DNA of 63,696 nt, filler included, from Octopus bimaculoides (lineage: Eukaryota), in the NCBI RefSeq assembly GCF_001194135.2. It is 5 parts of 5 records of this genome, joined end to end, with 100 filler letters (N's around TTAATTAATTAA, not from the genome) between each part and the next. Parts side by side here need not be neighbours in the genome. Positions count along the whole stretch, not along the records: positions 62,116 to 63,696 come from NC_068987.1; 4 more parts are not named here. The stretch is one strand, 5' to 3'. Each line of letters starts with the position of its first letter. Positions within the stretch are counted from its first letter, which is position 1. Position numbers and translations under genes: made by a program. Below, one piece after another: positions 62,016-63,696 of this stretch. The notes beneath the pieces are model-generated. The model saw only the letters and a program-made list of their open reading frames with translations. It did not search any database and had not been told where the DNA came from.

Positions 62016-62115
62016 NNNNNNNNNNNNNNNNNNNNNNNNNNNNNNNNNNNNNNNNNNNNTTAATTAATTAANNNNNNNNNNNNNNNNNNNNNNNNNNNNN
62101 NNNNNNNNNNNNNNN
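62016..62115. other. Artificial scaffold-joining spacer 4
   Basis: 44 N + TTAATTAATTAA + 44 N. Confidence 0.95.
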
Positions 62116-62831
62116 TATATATATATATATATATATATATCTGATAGGTAGATAGATAAATAGTCAAACAGACTTGTAGACGGACATACAAATAGATAGA
62201 TAGATGGATAGACAGATAGATAGATTGATAGGTATTATACCGGTGCTTACTCGCACACAAACATCAATACGTTAAAAGAAGCACTCATACGGTTCCATCT
62301 TGGACTATATTCGTTCAGTCACCAAATCAAATATATATCACCTCGCATAGATGCATAAATCTAGGTAAAATAATTCACTTGAGCACAAACATGAGATATA
62401 TAAGAACGCTACTCACCACGAACAATACAAATATAAGTATGCAATTATAAAAAGAAACAGAAATGTTTATAACAAATATATGTCTTTAAAAGTATAATTC
62501 GTAAATTTATAAACAATTCTAAAATCTATAAAATATTGAATTTATACCAATTCCTAAATACTCCAAACTTCTTTTTCCTCGAATATTAAATCTTAATATA
62601 AACATGTATAAACCTATATCAGTATTTTTCAAATATATAAAATATACATGAAATATGTAAAACTGACTTACAAAACAATAAATCATGCAATATATAATTT
62701 GACTCTTAAGAATTGTTTTAGATTTGGTTAGAGTTAAAGTAATTCTCGACAAAATTATAAAACTGTTATTAAATAATTTGTATGAATGTTGTAAACAGAA
62801 AGTATCTGAAAGTAGTCATTTACACACACAG

Positions 62832-62867
<36 letters not shown>

Positions 62868-63696
62868 ACACGCACACACACACACATACACACACACATA
62901 CATACATATATATATATATATATAAGGTTTAGATTTAGATTCAAGATTGAATATGGTACTTATGTGTAGGCACCCGAATATCGTATGGTATGGTATTATA
63001 CAAAAACCATTCCAAAAGGATAGGTGATCAAAAACTAAAAAAAATAAGCAACACGGATTTCAAAGATGATTGCAGTACGCACGTTTCATGCTACTCCATT
63101 TAGTTAAGTAATACGAGCATTACATTAAATGCAATATGAAGAGCAATCTTCAGCTGCACGAAAATGCAGAAAATTACAGTAGAATAGACATATTGTAATT
63201 GTGGCAACATTTCAAATCCAAGTGGGAGAAAGAATACATAAAAATCCAAGTGGGAGGAAGAATCCATAAATCCATCTTGACATAGCCGAGTCTATCAGGC
63301 TAGTAATTGATTTTAGACAAAAGTTCTAACTGTCTCTGATTTTATTGTCTCTTATCTAGCGGTGATAGCATAAATGATTTTTGTATAAAATAATTACATC
63401 TCATTTTATTTATTTTATTAACATACCTCTTATTGTGAAAATATTGGTTAAACTAATATTGTTATCTGTACAACTATACTGTTACTCTATTCAGACTAAA
63501 AGAAAAAAACCTATTTGACCCATATACCTAGGGTTTTAATTCCTCAACATGTTGATAGTAGTAAAATGACCTGGTACCACCCTGACCAGGGAAACCTTTA
63601 TAATCTAATACATTTATAGCCTTGTCCATGCATACTGTTTACACCTTCCCTTTCCTTAGAAGTAATTGTCCCTTATGCTATCACCACTAGATAAGA

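Noticed and set aside
28994-63696. ATG2 as a truncated gene or pseudogene
   Set aside because: All six exons are open and phase-compatible; the loss of downstream exons coincides with the artificial join at 30183.

Overview
AT-rich, microsatellite-dense, gappy animal DNA. The repeat families look like coleoid cephalopod (Octopus-type); this is recognition, not a database result. The window is not one locus. Four identical 100-bp spacers (44 N + TTAATTAATTAA + 44 N) join five separate pieces: 1-30182, 30283-49547, 49648-59120, 59221-62015 and 62116-63696. Piece 1 carries six consecutive in-frame coding exons of the autophagy lipid-transfer gene ATG2 (+ strand, 14514-28993, about 305 aa). Its first exon is not visible and its 3' part is cut off at the first artificial join. 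The rest is mobile DNA: three mariner relics, RTE-type LINEs with a PHD-type C4HC3 finger inside the RT region, a Penelope-like RT/GIY-YIG relic, an R4/Dong-type LINE end on an (AAT)n tract, tRNA-derived SINEs, and piggyBac- and hAT-type MITEs. The most interesting signal is non-coding: three unrelated minimal type-I hammerhead-ribozyme-like motifs (1034-1077, 43743-43781, 51835-51885) plus a head-to-head pair of half motifs (41231-41294). One motif has a compensatory G3:C8 swap of the core pair and a palindromic stem III, as expected for dimer-cleaving ribozymes of Penelope-like elements or retrozymes. All ribozyme calls come from manual folding and are untested.
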